From a virus (taxonomy: Duplodnaviria; Heunggongvirae; Uroviricota; Caudoviricetes), in IMG/VR virus record IMGVR_UViG_2541047681_000006: a stretch of DNA of 46,617 nt; one strand, 5' to 3'. The stretch's first letter is position 1; every line of letters begins with the position of its first letter. This document shows positions 17,589 through 26,741 of the stretch, one piece after another. The notes under the pieces were generated by a model. The model worked only from the letters and a program-made list of their open reading frames with translations, ran no database searches and was not told the DNA's origin. The position numbers and the translations under genes were made by a program.

Positions 17589-18671
17589 TTAGAACTGATA
17601 AACCAGACCTACAGCGACGATGTCGTCGGTATCAATACCAGCTGTTTTGGTAAACTTACTATCGTCAATTAAGTTGATTTTGTAATCAACAAAAGTGGAC
17701 ATGTTTTTATTAAAGTAGTAAGTAGCACCGACATCGACATACTTGACTAAGTCTCGGTCACCATGAACACCAAGGTCTTTACCTTTTGACTGAAGGTAAG
17801 CAACAGATGGACGCAGACCGAAGTCAAACTGATATTGTGCTACTGCTTCAAAGTTTTGTGCTTTGTTTGCAATATGGTTATTACCAAAAACGGTCATATT
17901 CTGAGTTTCAGAATATGTGGTAGCCAGATAGATATTGTTCGCATCATATTTCAGGCCTGCAGCCCATACTTCCGCATTTTTGCCGGAGGCATTGAATTTG
18001 CTCTTACCATAGGCGACCTGACCGTCAGTGCGATCTGATTTAGCATAGGTTGCACCCACGCCGAATCCTTCATACTCATAAGTAGTGGAGAAACCGAAAC
18101 CATCACCATTGGCTTCAGTTACGTCAGTGCGGTCATTTTTACCCTGATACTGAGCAGCAAAGTTCAGGCCATCGACCAGACCAAAGAAGTCGTTGTTACG
18201 ATAAGTTGCAACACCAGTAGTGCGACCAGTCATGAACACATCTGTTTGGGTCCAGGTATCACCACCGAATTCTGGCAGAACGTCAGTCCACGCACCGATG
18301 TCGTATGCTACACCGTAGTTACGGCCGTAATCGATTGAGCCGTAATCACCAAATTTCAGGCCTGCAAATGCAAGACGGGTTTTGTCTTTGGAAGAACCTT
18401 GAGATTCAGCACGGTTGCCTTTGAATTCATATTCCCACTGACCGAAACCAGTCAGTTGATCGTTGATTTGGGTTTCACCTTTGAAGCCAAGACGGGCATA
18501 AGTAGTATCACCATCATCTGCATCATTAGAGGAGAAGTAGTGCTTGGCATTAACTTTCCCGTATAGATCCAGCTTGTTACTGTCTTTATTATAAATTTCA
18601 GCTGCCTGAGCAGACATCGCCATCAGTACTGATGCAGCTACAGCAGAAATTGCCACTGTTAATTTTTTCAT
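17589..18671 (-). CDS. OmpC-family outer-membrane porin (NmpC / Lc type), phage-borne
   Basis: 360-aa product from ATG 18671 with signal peptide [23 protein letters not shown] and C-terminal ...VGLVYQF beta-barrel signature; located between Q and the lysis genes as in DLP12 and phage PA-2. Confidence 0.9.
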   Translation of the reverse strand: MKKLTVAISAVAASVLMAMSAQAAEIYNKDSNKLDLYGKVNAKHYFSSNDADDGDTTYARLGFKGETQINDQLTGFGQWEYEFKGNRAESQGSSKDKTRLAFAGLKFGDYGSIDYGRNYGVAYDIGAWTDVLPEFGGDTWTQTDVFMTGRTTGVATYRNNDFFGLVDGLNFAAQYQGKNDRTDVTEANGDGFGFSTTYEYEGFGVGATYAKSDRTDGQVAYGKSKFNASGKNAEVWAAGLKYDANNIYLATTYSETQNMTVFGNNHIANKAQNFEAVAQYQFDFGLRPSVAYLQSKGKDLGVHGDRDLVKYVDVGATYYFNKNMSTFVDYKINLIDDSKFTKTAGIDTDDIVAVGLVYQF

Positions 18672-19097
18672 TGTACGCCCTTTTTTTGAACTATTATTAA
18701 AAAATGATGTCACTGCGCGATAAATATTCATCTAATCAATGTGATTATTTCAAGATGTAAGTTTTAGTTTCTCATTTAATTTGTGAAGTAGATCTCTATT
18801 TTTATCTGAACCTTTTCTATCTAATCCTATTCATGGCTCTTGTCTGAACAAAAATAAATCTATTAGCTAATTTATATTAATGGCACTTATTTATAAGTGC
18901 TCTATAATTCTTTAGCTTAATTTAAACAAACTAAAAATAACATCGGAAATTATTAACTGGTTATTTGTTGAAGTTTTCTTATGCATTTGTGGTGGTGTTT
19001 TGAACACTCGGTGGCATTCTCACAAATATCATTTAGTAGTTTACGTACGTAAAAAATTGGTTATGCTGTTAAGAGTGGTTACTTCGTCACACAGCTT

Positions 19098-19130
19098 AAA
19101 CCCGCCGTCGAGCGGGTTTTTCCATTTTTT
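19098..19130 (+). terminator. terminator-like hairpin upstream of the lysis cassette
   Basis: CCCGC-CGTCGA-GCGGG stem followed by TTTTTCCATTTTTT. Confidence 0.35.
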
Positions 19131-19259
19131 GAGTCTCGATATTAGCTGATAACCCAATACCTGAGTTATTCACTGACTCCGAATCTGTTACGTTTCTGCC
19201 TTTATTGCGATACGTAGTATCCCCTTAATTTACACCCGCTTTGTCTGCGAGGTGGGGTT

Positions 19260-19475
19260 ATGAAATCCATGGATAAGTTAACAACGGGTGTCGCCTATGG
19301 TACCTCAGCAGGTAGTGCCGGGTACTGGTTTTTACAGTTGCTCGATAAAGTCACGCCCTCACAGTGGGCGGCAATAGGTGTGCTGGGTAGCCTGGTATTT
19401 GGCCTGCTGACGTACCTGACAAACCTTTATTTCAAGATTAAAGAAGATAAGCGCAAGGCTGCGAGAGGTGAATAA
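19260..19475 (+). CDS. S: pinholin (S21-type class II holin) with dual-start motif
   Basis: 71-aa ORF starting MKSMDK (two Met starts separated by Lys), two predicted TM segments, charged C-terminus; matches phage 21 S. Confidence 0.85.
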
Positions 19476-19972
19476 TGCCTCCATCATTACGAAAAGCCGT
19501 TGCTGCTGCTATTGGTGGCGGAGCAATTGCTATAGCATCAGTGTTAATCACTGGCCCAAGTGGTAACGATGGTCTGGAAGGTGTCAGCTACATACCATAC
19601 AAAGATATTGTTGGTGTATGGACTGTATGTCACGGGCATACAGGAAAAGACATCATGCTCGGTAAAACGTATACCAAAGCAGAATGCAAAGCCCTCCTGA
19701 ATAAAGACCTTGCCACGGTCGCCAGACAAATTAACCCGTACATCAAAGTCGATATACCGGAAACAATGCGCGGCGCTCTTTACTCATTCGTTTACAACGT
19801 GGGTGCTGGCAATTTCAGAACATCGACGCTTCTTCGCAAAATAAACCAGGGCGATATCAAAGGCGCATGTGATCAGCTACGTCGCTGGACATATGCTGGC
19901 GGTAAGCAATGGAAAGGTCTCATGACTCGTCGTGAGATTGAGCGTGAAATCTGTTTGTGGGGTCAGCAATGA
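19475..19972 (+). CDS. R: SAR endolysin (lysozyme R21 type)
   Basis: 165-aa ORF with N-terminal Gly/Ala-rich signal-anchor-release segment ([18 protein letters not shown]) and lysozyme-like core; ATG overlaps the holin stop. Confidence 0.9.
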   Translation: MPPSLRKAVAAAIGGGAIAIASVLITGPSGNDGLEGVSYIPYKDIVGVWTVCHGHTGKDIMLGKTYTKAECKALLNKDLATVARQINPYIKVDIPETMRGALYSFVYNVGAGNFRTSTLLRKINQGDIKGACDQLRRWTYAGGKQWKGLMTRREIEREICLWGQQ

Positions 19973-20430
19973 ACAGAGTAACCGCGATTATCTCCGCTCT
20001 GGTTATCTGCATCATCGTCTGCCTGTCATGGGCTGTTAATCATTACCGTGATAACGCCATTACCTACAAAGCCCAGCGCGACAAAAATGCCAGAGAACTG
20101 ACGCTGGCGAACGCGGCAATTACTGACATACAGATGCGTCAGCGTGATGTTGCTGCGCTCGATGCAAAATACACGAAGGAGTTAGCTGATGCGAAAGCTG
20201 AAAATGATGCTCTGCGTGATGATGTTGCCGCTGGTCGTCGTCGGTTGCACATCAAAGCAGTCTGTCAGTCAGTGCGTGAAGCCACCACCGCCTCCGGCGT
20301 GGATAATGCAGCCTCCCCCCGACTGGCAGACACCGCTGAACGGGATTATTTCACCCTCAGAGAGAGGCTGATCACTATGCAAAAACAACTGGAAGGAACC
20401 CAGAAGTATATTAATGAGCAGTGCAGATAG
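19969..20430 (+). CDS. Rz: Rz i-spanin
   Basis: 153-aa product from ATG 19969 with N-terminal TM segment and coiled-coil periplasmic domain. Confidence 0.8.
   Translation: MNRVTAIISALVICIIVCLSWAVNHYRDNAITYKAQRDKNARELTLANAAITDIQMRQRDVAALDAKYTKELADAKAENDALRDDVAAGRRRLHIKAVCQSVREATTASGVDNAASPRLADTAERDYFTLRERLITMQKQLEGTQKYINEQCR
20189..20371 (+). CDS. Rz1: Rz1 o-spanin lipoprotein (embedded in Rz, +1 frame)
   Basis: 60-aa ORF with lipobox (LVVVGC) and proline-rich mature part, wholly inside Rz. Confidence 0.7.
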   Translation: MRKLKMMLCVMMLPLVVVGCTSKQSVSQCVKPPPPPAWIMQPPPDWQTPLNGIISPSERG

Positions 20431-20461
20431 AGCTGCCCATATCGATGGGCAACTCATGCAA

Positions 20462-20755
20462 TTATTGTGAGCAATACACACGCGCTTCCAGCGGAGTATA
20501 AATGCCTAAAGTAATAAAACCGAGCAATCCATTTACGAATGTTTGCTGGGTTTCTGTTTTAACAACATTTTCTGCACCACCACAAATTTTTGCTGCATCG
20601 ACAGTTTTCTTCTGCCCAATTCCCGAAACGAAGAAATGATGGGTGATGGTTTCCTTTGGTGTTACTGCTGTAGGTTTGTTTCCAACAGTAAACGTCTGTT
20701 GAGCACATCCTGTAATAAGCATTGCCAGAGCGGCAGAAAACAACATTTTTTTCAT
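20462..20755 (-). CDS. bor: Bor lipoprotein (serum-resistance factor)
   Basis: 97-aa product from ATG 20755 (MKKMLFSAALAMLITGCAQQTFTV...) matching lambda Bor; opposite strand to the late operon. Confidence 0.85.
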   Translation of the reverse strand: MKKMLFSAALAMLITGCAQQTFTVGNKPTAVTPKETITHHFFVSGIGQKKTVDAAKICGGAENVVKTETQQTFVNGLLGFITLGIYTPLEARVYCSQ

Positions 20756-21235
20756 CTTATTATCCTGCATTGTTAAAAACGGCAGAATCCTATGTGACAA
20801 CAATTAAACGATAGTTAAATGGATTGATGAAAATTAAAACTACACAGGTGGGCTCAGACTATTGGAGGAAGTTGGGGACACTCAGAATCCTGTGGAATGA
20901 AATAAACCGGTCTATCCGTCCATTACCCTTTTAGCTGCGCTGTATCGTCGCCGTATTCCCGCATTAACCATGACCGTAGCCCGACGGGGAATTCCTTCTG
21001 CGTGAGTGTGCGGGAATAATTAAAAACGATGCACACCGGGTTTTTACCGCGTTAATGATTCGCGGGTTTATCCCGGTGCGATGGTGGAAGAAACAGGAAG
21101 CTGTATTACAGAAAGTGCTACTACTGTATCCCGATGCGATGTATGTAATGTGAGTCAGATAATGGCACAGGATGTGGTGATGTGGCAGTCTGGAACACAG
21201 GATATATTGTCAGAATAAGACCCGTAGGAATAAAA

Positions 21236-21562
21236 ATGAAAAGACGCCTTTTACTACTTTTTCTGTTATCTGTCCTGGCAGTGGGATGCTCGCAGCAAAA
21301 AGCTGATGAGCCCCGGCAATTAGTGACGGTGTATCCACGATATCCGGAATATGCTGCAGCAAATTATATCAAGGGGCTGGTTGAGGTTAAGTTCGATATT
21401 GGTGCTGATGGGACTGTGACACGGATCGTTTTTCTCCGCTCAGAGCCTCATAATTTGTTTCGTGATGAAGTGGTGAAGGCCATGGCGAAATGGCGATTTG
21501 AAAAGAATCGCCCCTGTCAGGGAGTGAAGAGACAATTTATCTTTACGCCGTCACGTCCTTGA
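21236..21562 (+). CDS. lipoprotein with TonB C-terminal-like domain
   Basis: 108-aa product from ATG 21236 with RBS AGGAA; lipobox LAVGCSQ; YPRYPEYAAANYIKGLVEVKFDIGADGTV...WRFE resembles the TonB C-terminal domain. Confidence 0.6.
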   Translation: MKRRLLLLFLLSVLAVGCSQQKADEPRQLVTVYPRYPEYAAANYIKGLVEVKFDIGADGTVTRIVFLRSEPHNLFRDEVVKAMAKWRFEKNRPCQGVKRQFIFTPSRP

Positions 21563-21684
21563 TGCTTCCAGGTAGAGAGGGGCTGGAAGCAGGAGAAAAA
21601 TGAAAGAGCCAGCGGTTATATTTTTGTCATGGCTGACGAGGAATGATGGAAGAAGGCGTTGTATGCCACACAACGCCTCACTGT

Positions 21685-22038
21685 TCATTTCTTCTTTTTC
21701 TCTGGTGGAACCCGATGAATAAGAGTTGCACTGGTTTCCGATGAGATGGCGATATACTCGGGCAAAGTATGCTGGCAGTTTTCCAACTGGTCAAAAATAC
21801 CTGCTCTCGTCTGTTGCAATGCCTGCAGCATGCGGCGGCAATGCGCCTTGCTTTTACTAACCATCTTTCCTTCCTCTATCAGTCGCTGCGTGAACTCATC
21901 ATGGAATACCAGGTAAATGCGGATGTTATCGGTTTTGGCTACGCAGCATAGTACAAAACGGACAGGTGCATCCCGGGACGGGGGAGGCGTCACATGTCCC
22001 TGTGATGGTTGTTCCGGGTAATGTACTGTGTGGGGCAT
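21685..22038 (-). CDS. hypothetical protein (doubtful)
   Basis: 117-aa ORF in the cargo region; overlaps a plus-strand ORF; no support beyond ORF length. Confidence 0.25.
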   Translation of the reverse strand: MPHTVHYPEQPSQGHVTPPPSRDAPVRFVLCCVAKTDNIRIYLVFHDEFTQRLIEEGKMVSKSKAHCRRMLQALQQTRAGIFDQLENCQHTLPEYIAISSETSATLIHRVPPEKKKK

Positions 22039-22177
22039 AAAAATGTCCGATAATTTTACTTTCTACCGCAGTTAGTTGATTCGTTGGTCCTGGTAGCACA
22101 TTGGGCGAGGATTTAAATGCCAGGCAACTGAAGGATGATGTCGCAAGGGAGATAGCGAGAATATTTCTGATTTTCAT
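21926..22177 (-). CDS. hypothetical small secreted Cys-rich protein
   Basis: Internal ATG at 22177 gives an 83-aa product with a signal-peptide-like N-terminus (MKIRNILAISLATSSFSCLA) and Cys-rich C-terminus. Confidence 0.35.
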   Translation of the reverse strand: MKIRNILAISLATSSFSCLAFKSSPNVLPGPTNQLTAVESKIIGHFYAPHSTLPGTTITGTCDASPVPGCTCPFCTMLRSQNR

Positions 22178-22325
22178 TTGATGATGCCTCTGTGTGAAAT
22201 GACGGTAAACGACGCACTTGTGCCGGCACATAATAGCAAGCACCATAATAGATCAGATTCGATTCTTGCTGTAAGTGATAATTATTCTCGTTTTCGGGTC
22301 CTTTCCGTCGATCCAACAGGTTACG

Positions 22326-22337
22326 GGGCGGCGACCT
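22326..22337 (+). other. cosN cohesive-end site (lambda-type)
   Basis: Exact GGGCGGCGACCT followed by CGCGGTTTTTCACTATTTATGAAAATTTT, nearly identical to lambda cos; cosB region continues to the Nu1 start. Confidence 0.8.
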
Positions 22338-22513
22338 CGCGGTTTTTCACTATTTATGAAAATTTTTCAGGGAAAATCGTGTCGGTACTTCTCGAATATA
22401 ACTTTTTGTTTTTTTTAATATTGCATCCGTAAAGGTCCGACATGAAAGTGTCCGAAAATGCCTTTTTCTGGCGTTTTCATGTCGGGCCTTGTATTTGATA
22501 ATGGGTTGTTTTC

Positions 22514-23062
22514 ATGAAGGTTAATAAAAAGAGGCTTGCCGAAATTTTCAACGTGGACCCGCGGACGATTGAACGCTGGCAGTCTCAGGGACTCCCTTGC
22601 GCCTCCAAAGGTAGTAAGGGCATTGAATCTGTATTTGATACTGCCATGGCAATTCAGTGGTATGCGCAGAGGGAAACTGATATCGAAAACGAAAAGCTCC
22701 GCAAAGAACTGGACGATTTGCGTGCGGCAGCGGAGTCAGATTTACAACCCGGCACCATTGACTATGAACGCTACCGGCTCACAAAAGCGCAGGCAGATGC
22801 GCAGGAACTGAAAAATGCCCGTGAAGACGGAGTAGTGCTGGAAACTGAACTGTTTACCTTCATTCTGCAACGTGTGGCACAGGAGATTTCGGGGATACTT
22901 GTGCGTGTGCCGTTGACATTACAGCGTAAATATCCGGACATTTCACCATCACACCTTGATGTGGTGAAAACTGAAATCGCGAAAGCCTCCAATGTTGCAG
23001 CTAAGGCCGGTGAAAACGTGGGCGGGTGGATCGATGATTTCAGACGCGCAGAAGGCAGCTAA
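22514..23062 (+). CDS. nu1: terminase small subunit (Nu1)
   Basis: 182-aa ORF matching lambda Nu1 (M.VNKK.LA.IF...ENEKLR...[25 protein letters not shown]). Confidence 0.9.
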
Positions 23063-24962
23063 TGCAGCCGGTGCGATAGCTACAGGGCTTTTATCTCTCA
23101 TTATTCCTGTTCCACTGACGACAGTTCAGTGGGCCAATAAACATTATTACCTTCCTAAAGAGTCGTCTTATACCCCGGGGCGATGGGAAACACTGCCGTT
23201 TCAGGTTGGCATCATGAACTGTATGGGCAACGATCTGATTCGCACGGTTAACCTGATTAAATCTGCCCGTGTTGGTTATACAAAGATGTTGCTGGGAGTG
23301 GAGGCTTATTTTATTGAGCATAAATCACGCAACAGCCTTCTTTTTCAGCCCACGGACTCAGCTGCTGAAGATTTTATGAAATCTCATGTTGAGCCAACGA
23401 TAAGGGATGTTCCTGCATTGCTGGAGCTGGCTCCATGGTTCGGAAGAAAACACCGCGATAATACGCTCACCCTGAAGCGTTTTTCCTCCGGTGTGGGGTT
23501 CTGGTGTCTGGGTGGTGCGGCAGCAAAAAACTACCGTGAAAAATCCGTGGATGTGGTCTGTTATGACGAGCTTTCCTCGTTCGAACCGGATGTTGAAAAA
23601 GAGGGTTCGCCAACCCTGCTGGGGGATAAACGTATTGAGGGCTCTGTATGGCCAAAATCCATTCGCGGCTCGACGCCTAAAATCAAAGGCTCCTGCCAGA
23701 TCGAAAAAGCCGCTAACGAGTCGGCACACTTCATGCGTTTTTATGTGCCCTGTCCGCACTGTGGGGAGGAGCAGTATCTGAAATTTGGCGATGATGCCTC
23801 GCCTTTCGGTCTTAAGTGGGAGAAGAATAAGCCAGAAAGTGTTTTCTACCTTTGTGAGCATCATGGCTGTGTGATCCATCAGTCTGAGCTTGACCAGAGT
23901 AACGGGCGGTGGATCTGTGAAAACACGGGCATGTGGACCCGTGACGGCCTGATGTTTTTCAGCGCCCGGGGTGATGAAATTCCGCCGCCGCGCTCCATCA
24001 CTTTCCATATCTGGACGGCGTACAGTCCGTTCACCACCTGGGTACAGATTGTCTATGACTGGCTGGATGCACTGAAAGATCCCAACGGCCTGAAAACCTT
24101 TGTGAACACCACGCTGGGCGAGACCTGGGAAGAGGCTGTGGGCGAAAAACTCGATCACCAGGTGCTGATGGATAAGGTTGTGCGTTACACGGCGGCGGTG
24201 CCTGCCCGGGTGGTTTATCTGACGGCGGGCATTGACTCGCAGCGAAACCGTTTTGAGATGTATGTCTGGGGATGGGCTCCGGGAGAGGAAGCCTTTCTGG
24301 TGGATAAAATCATCATTATGGGGCGTCCCGATGAGGAAGAGACGCTGTTACGTGTGGATGCGGCGATCAACAAAAAATACCGCCATGCAGACGGAACCGA
24401 AATGACCATTTCCCGTGTCTGCTGGGACATCGGGGGGATCGATGGCGAAATCGTTTATCAGAGGTCAAAAAAACACGGTGTTTTCCGGGTGCTGCCGGTA
24501 AAAGGCGCATCTGTCTATGGCAAGCCGGTGATCACCATGCCAAAAACCCGCAATCAGCGGGGCGTGTATCTGTGTGAAGTGGGGACGGACACCGCAAAAG
24601 AAATTCTCTATGCCCGTATGAAAGCCGATCCCACGCCTGTGGATGAAGCCACGTCGTATGCTATCCGTTTTCCTGATGATCCGGAGATTTTTTCGCAGAC
24701 AGAGGCGCAGCAACTGGTCGCGGAAGAGCTTGTGGAGAAGTGGGAAAAAGGAAAGATGCGTCTGCTGTGGGATAACAAAAAGCGGCGTAACGAAGCGCTG
24801 GACTGCCTGGTGTATGCCTACGCGGCATTACGTGTGTCCGTGCAACGCTGGCAGCTTGATCTGGCTGTACTGGCAAAATCCCGGGAAGAAGAGACGACCC
24901 GGCCAACCCTTAAAGAACTGGCAGCGAAGCTGTCCGGAGGAGTGAATGGTTACAGTCGCTGA
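23034..24962 (+). CDS. A: terminase large subunit (gpA)
   Basis: 642-aa product from ATG 23034; colinear with lambda gpA ([13 protein letters not shown], Walker-like region, C-terminal nuclease domain). Confidence 0.95.
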
Positions 24963-25152
24963 ACTGCAGGCGCTGCGTCAGGCGCGCCTTGATTTATTAA
25001 CCGGTAAACGGGTGGTGTCTGTCCAGAAAGATGGTCGCAGAATTGAATATACGGCGGCTTCTCTGGATGAGCTTAACCGGGCGATCAATGATGCGGAGTC
25101 GGTACTGGGGACAACCCGGTGTCGCCGTCGTCCGCTGGGAGTGAGGTTATGA
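24946..25152 (+). CDS. W: head-tail joining protein gpW
   Basis: 68-aa ORF matching lambda W (LTGKRVVSVQKDGRRIEYTAAS). Confidence 0.85.
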   Translation: MVTVAELQALRQARLDLLTGKRVVSVQKDGRRIEYTAASLDELNRAINDAESVLGTTRCRRRPLGVRL

Positions 25153-26741
25153 AACGAACGCCTGTCCTGATTGATGTGAACGGCGTTCCGCTTCGTGAGA
25201 GTCTCAGCTACAACGGGGGCGGTGCAGGATTTGGCGGGCAAATGGCTGAGTGGTTGCCACCGGCGCAGAGTGCCGATGCGGCCCTGCTGCCCGCGTTGCG
25301 TCTGGGGAATGCCCGGGCAGATGATCTGGTGCGCAATAACGGAATAGCGGCTAATGCGGTGGCTCTGCATAAGGATCACATTGTCGGGCATATGTTTCTG
25401 ATCAGCTACCGTCCGAACTGGCGCTGGCTGGGGATGCGGGAGACCGCAGCAAAAAGCTTTGTCGATGAGGTGGAGGCGGCCTGGTCGGAATACGCCGAAG
25501 GGATGTTTGGCGAGATCGACGTGGAAGGAAAACGCACGTTCACGGAATTTATCCGTGAAGGTGTGGGCGTTCATGCGTTTAACGGCGAAATCTTTGTGCA
25601 GCCGGTCTGGGATACGGAAACCACGCAGTTATTCCGTACGCGTTTTAAAGCCGTGAGTCCGAAACGGGTGGACACGCCTGGACACGGTATGGGGAACCGT
25701 TTTCTGCGGGCCGGTGTGGAGGTCGATCGATATGGCCGTGCCGTCGCGTACCATATCTGTGAGGATGATTTTCCGTTCTCTGGTAGTGGACGATGGGAAC
25801 GGATCCCGCGTGAACTTCCCACCGGGCGTCCGGCCATGCTGCATATTTTCGAGCCGGTGGAGGACGGGCAGACCCGTGGGGCTAATCAGTTTTACAGCGT
25901 CATGGAACGGCTGAAGATGCTCGATTCCCTGCAGGCAACACAGCTTCAGTCGGCCATAGTGAAGGCGATGTATGCAGCGACGATTGAAAGTGAACTTGAT
26001 ACCGAAAAGGCCTTTGAATATATCGCCGGCGCGCCACAGGAGCAGAAGGATAATCCGCTTATTAATATTCTGGAGAAGTTTTCCAGCTGGTATGACACGA
26101 ATAACGTGACACTGGGCGGTGTCAAAATTCCGCACCTTTTCCCTGGTGATGATCTGAAACTACAGACTGCGCAGGATTCAGACAATGGATTTTCTGCGCT
26201 TGAACAGGCGCTGCTGCGGTATATCGCCGCCGGTCTTGGCGTTTCCTACGAACAGTTGTCCCGTGATTACTCGAAGGTCAGTTACTCAAGTGCCCGCGCC
26301 TCCGCCAATGAGTCGTGGCGCTATTTTATGGGGCGGCGAAAATTTATTGCGGCCCGGCTGGCCACGCAGATGTTTTCCTGCTGGCTGGAAGAGGCACTTC
26401 TTCGGGGGATTATTCGTCCGCCACGGGCACGTTTTGATTTTTATCAGGCGCGATCAGCCTGGTCACGGGCAGAGTGGATTGGTGCCGGAAGAATGGCCAT
26501 TGACGGGCTCAAGGAAGTCCAGGAATCAGTGATGCGCATTGAGGCCGGACTGAGCACGTATGAGAAAGAGCTGGCGCTGATGGGCGAGGATTATCAGGAC
26601 ATTTTCCGCCAGCAGGTCAGGGAATCTGCTGAGCGGCAAAAAGCCGGACTCTCACGTCCGGTGTGGATAGAGCAGGCGTATCAGCAGCAGATAGCGGAGA
26701 GTCGTAGGCCGGAAGAGGAGACAACACCACGTGAGACGTAA
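25149..26741 (+). CDS. B: portal protein gpB
   Basis: 530-aa product from ATG 25149; colinear with lambda gpB. Confidence 0.95.
   Translation: MKRTPVLIDVNGVPLRESLSYNGGGAGFGGQMAEWLPPAQSADAALLPALRLGNARADDLVRNNGIAANAVALHKDHIVGHMFLISYRPNWRWLGMRETAAKSFVDEVEAAWSEYAEGMFGEIDVEGKRTFTEFIREGVGVHAFNGEIFVQPVWDTETTQLFRTRFKAVSPKRVDTPGHGMGNRFLRAGVEVDRYGRAVAYHICEDDFPFSGSGRWERIPRELPTGRPAMLHIFEPVEDGQTRGANQFYSVMERLKMLDSLQATQLQSAIVKAMYAATIESELDTEKAFEYIAGAPQEQKDNPLINILEKFSSWYDTNNVTLGGVKIPHLFPGDDLKLQTAQDSDNGFSALEQALLRYIAAGLGVSYEQLSRDYSKVSYSSARASANESWRYFMGRRKFIAARLATQMFSCWLEEALLRGIIRPPRARFDFYQARSAWSRAEWIGAGRMAIDGLKEVQESVMRIEAGLSTYEKELALMGEDYQDIFRQQVRESAERQKAGLSRPVWIEQAYQQQIAESRRPEEETTPRET

Noticed and set aside
17589-18671. 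Porin gene as a host chromosomal gene marking the prophage boundary
   Set aside because: Phage lysis, cos and structural genes continue downstream and Q lies immediately upstream, so the porin is internal cargo.
18672-19259. Possible tRNA genes between Q/porin and the holin, as in Stx phages
   Set aside because: No tRNA-like conserved motifs or cloverleaf-compatible pairing seen by eye; region is AT-rich promoter-like sequence plus one terminator-like hairpin. A tRNAscan run would settle it.
21769-21951. 60-aa plus-strand ORF overlapping the minus-strand ORF 21685-22038
   Set aside because: Cannot distinguish which strand, if either, is coding; only the minus-strand ORF is reported, at low confidence.
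23358-24158. 266-aa minus-strand ORF inside the terminase large subunit gene
   Set aside because: Antisense to a full-length lambda gpA homologue; no start context or recognisable domain.
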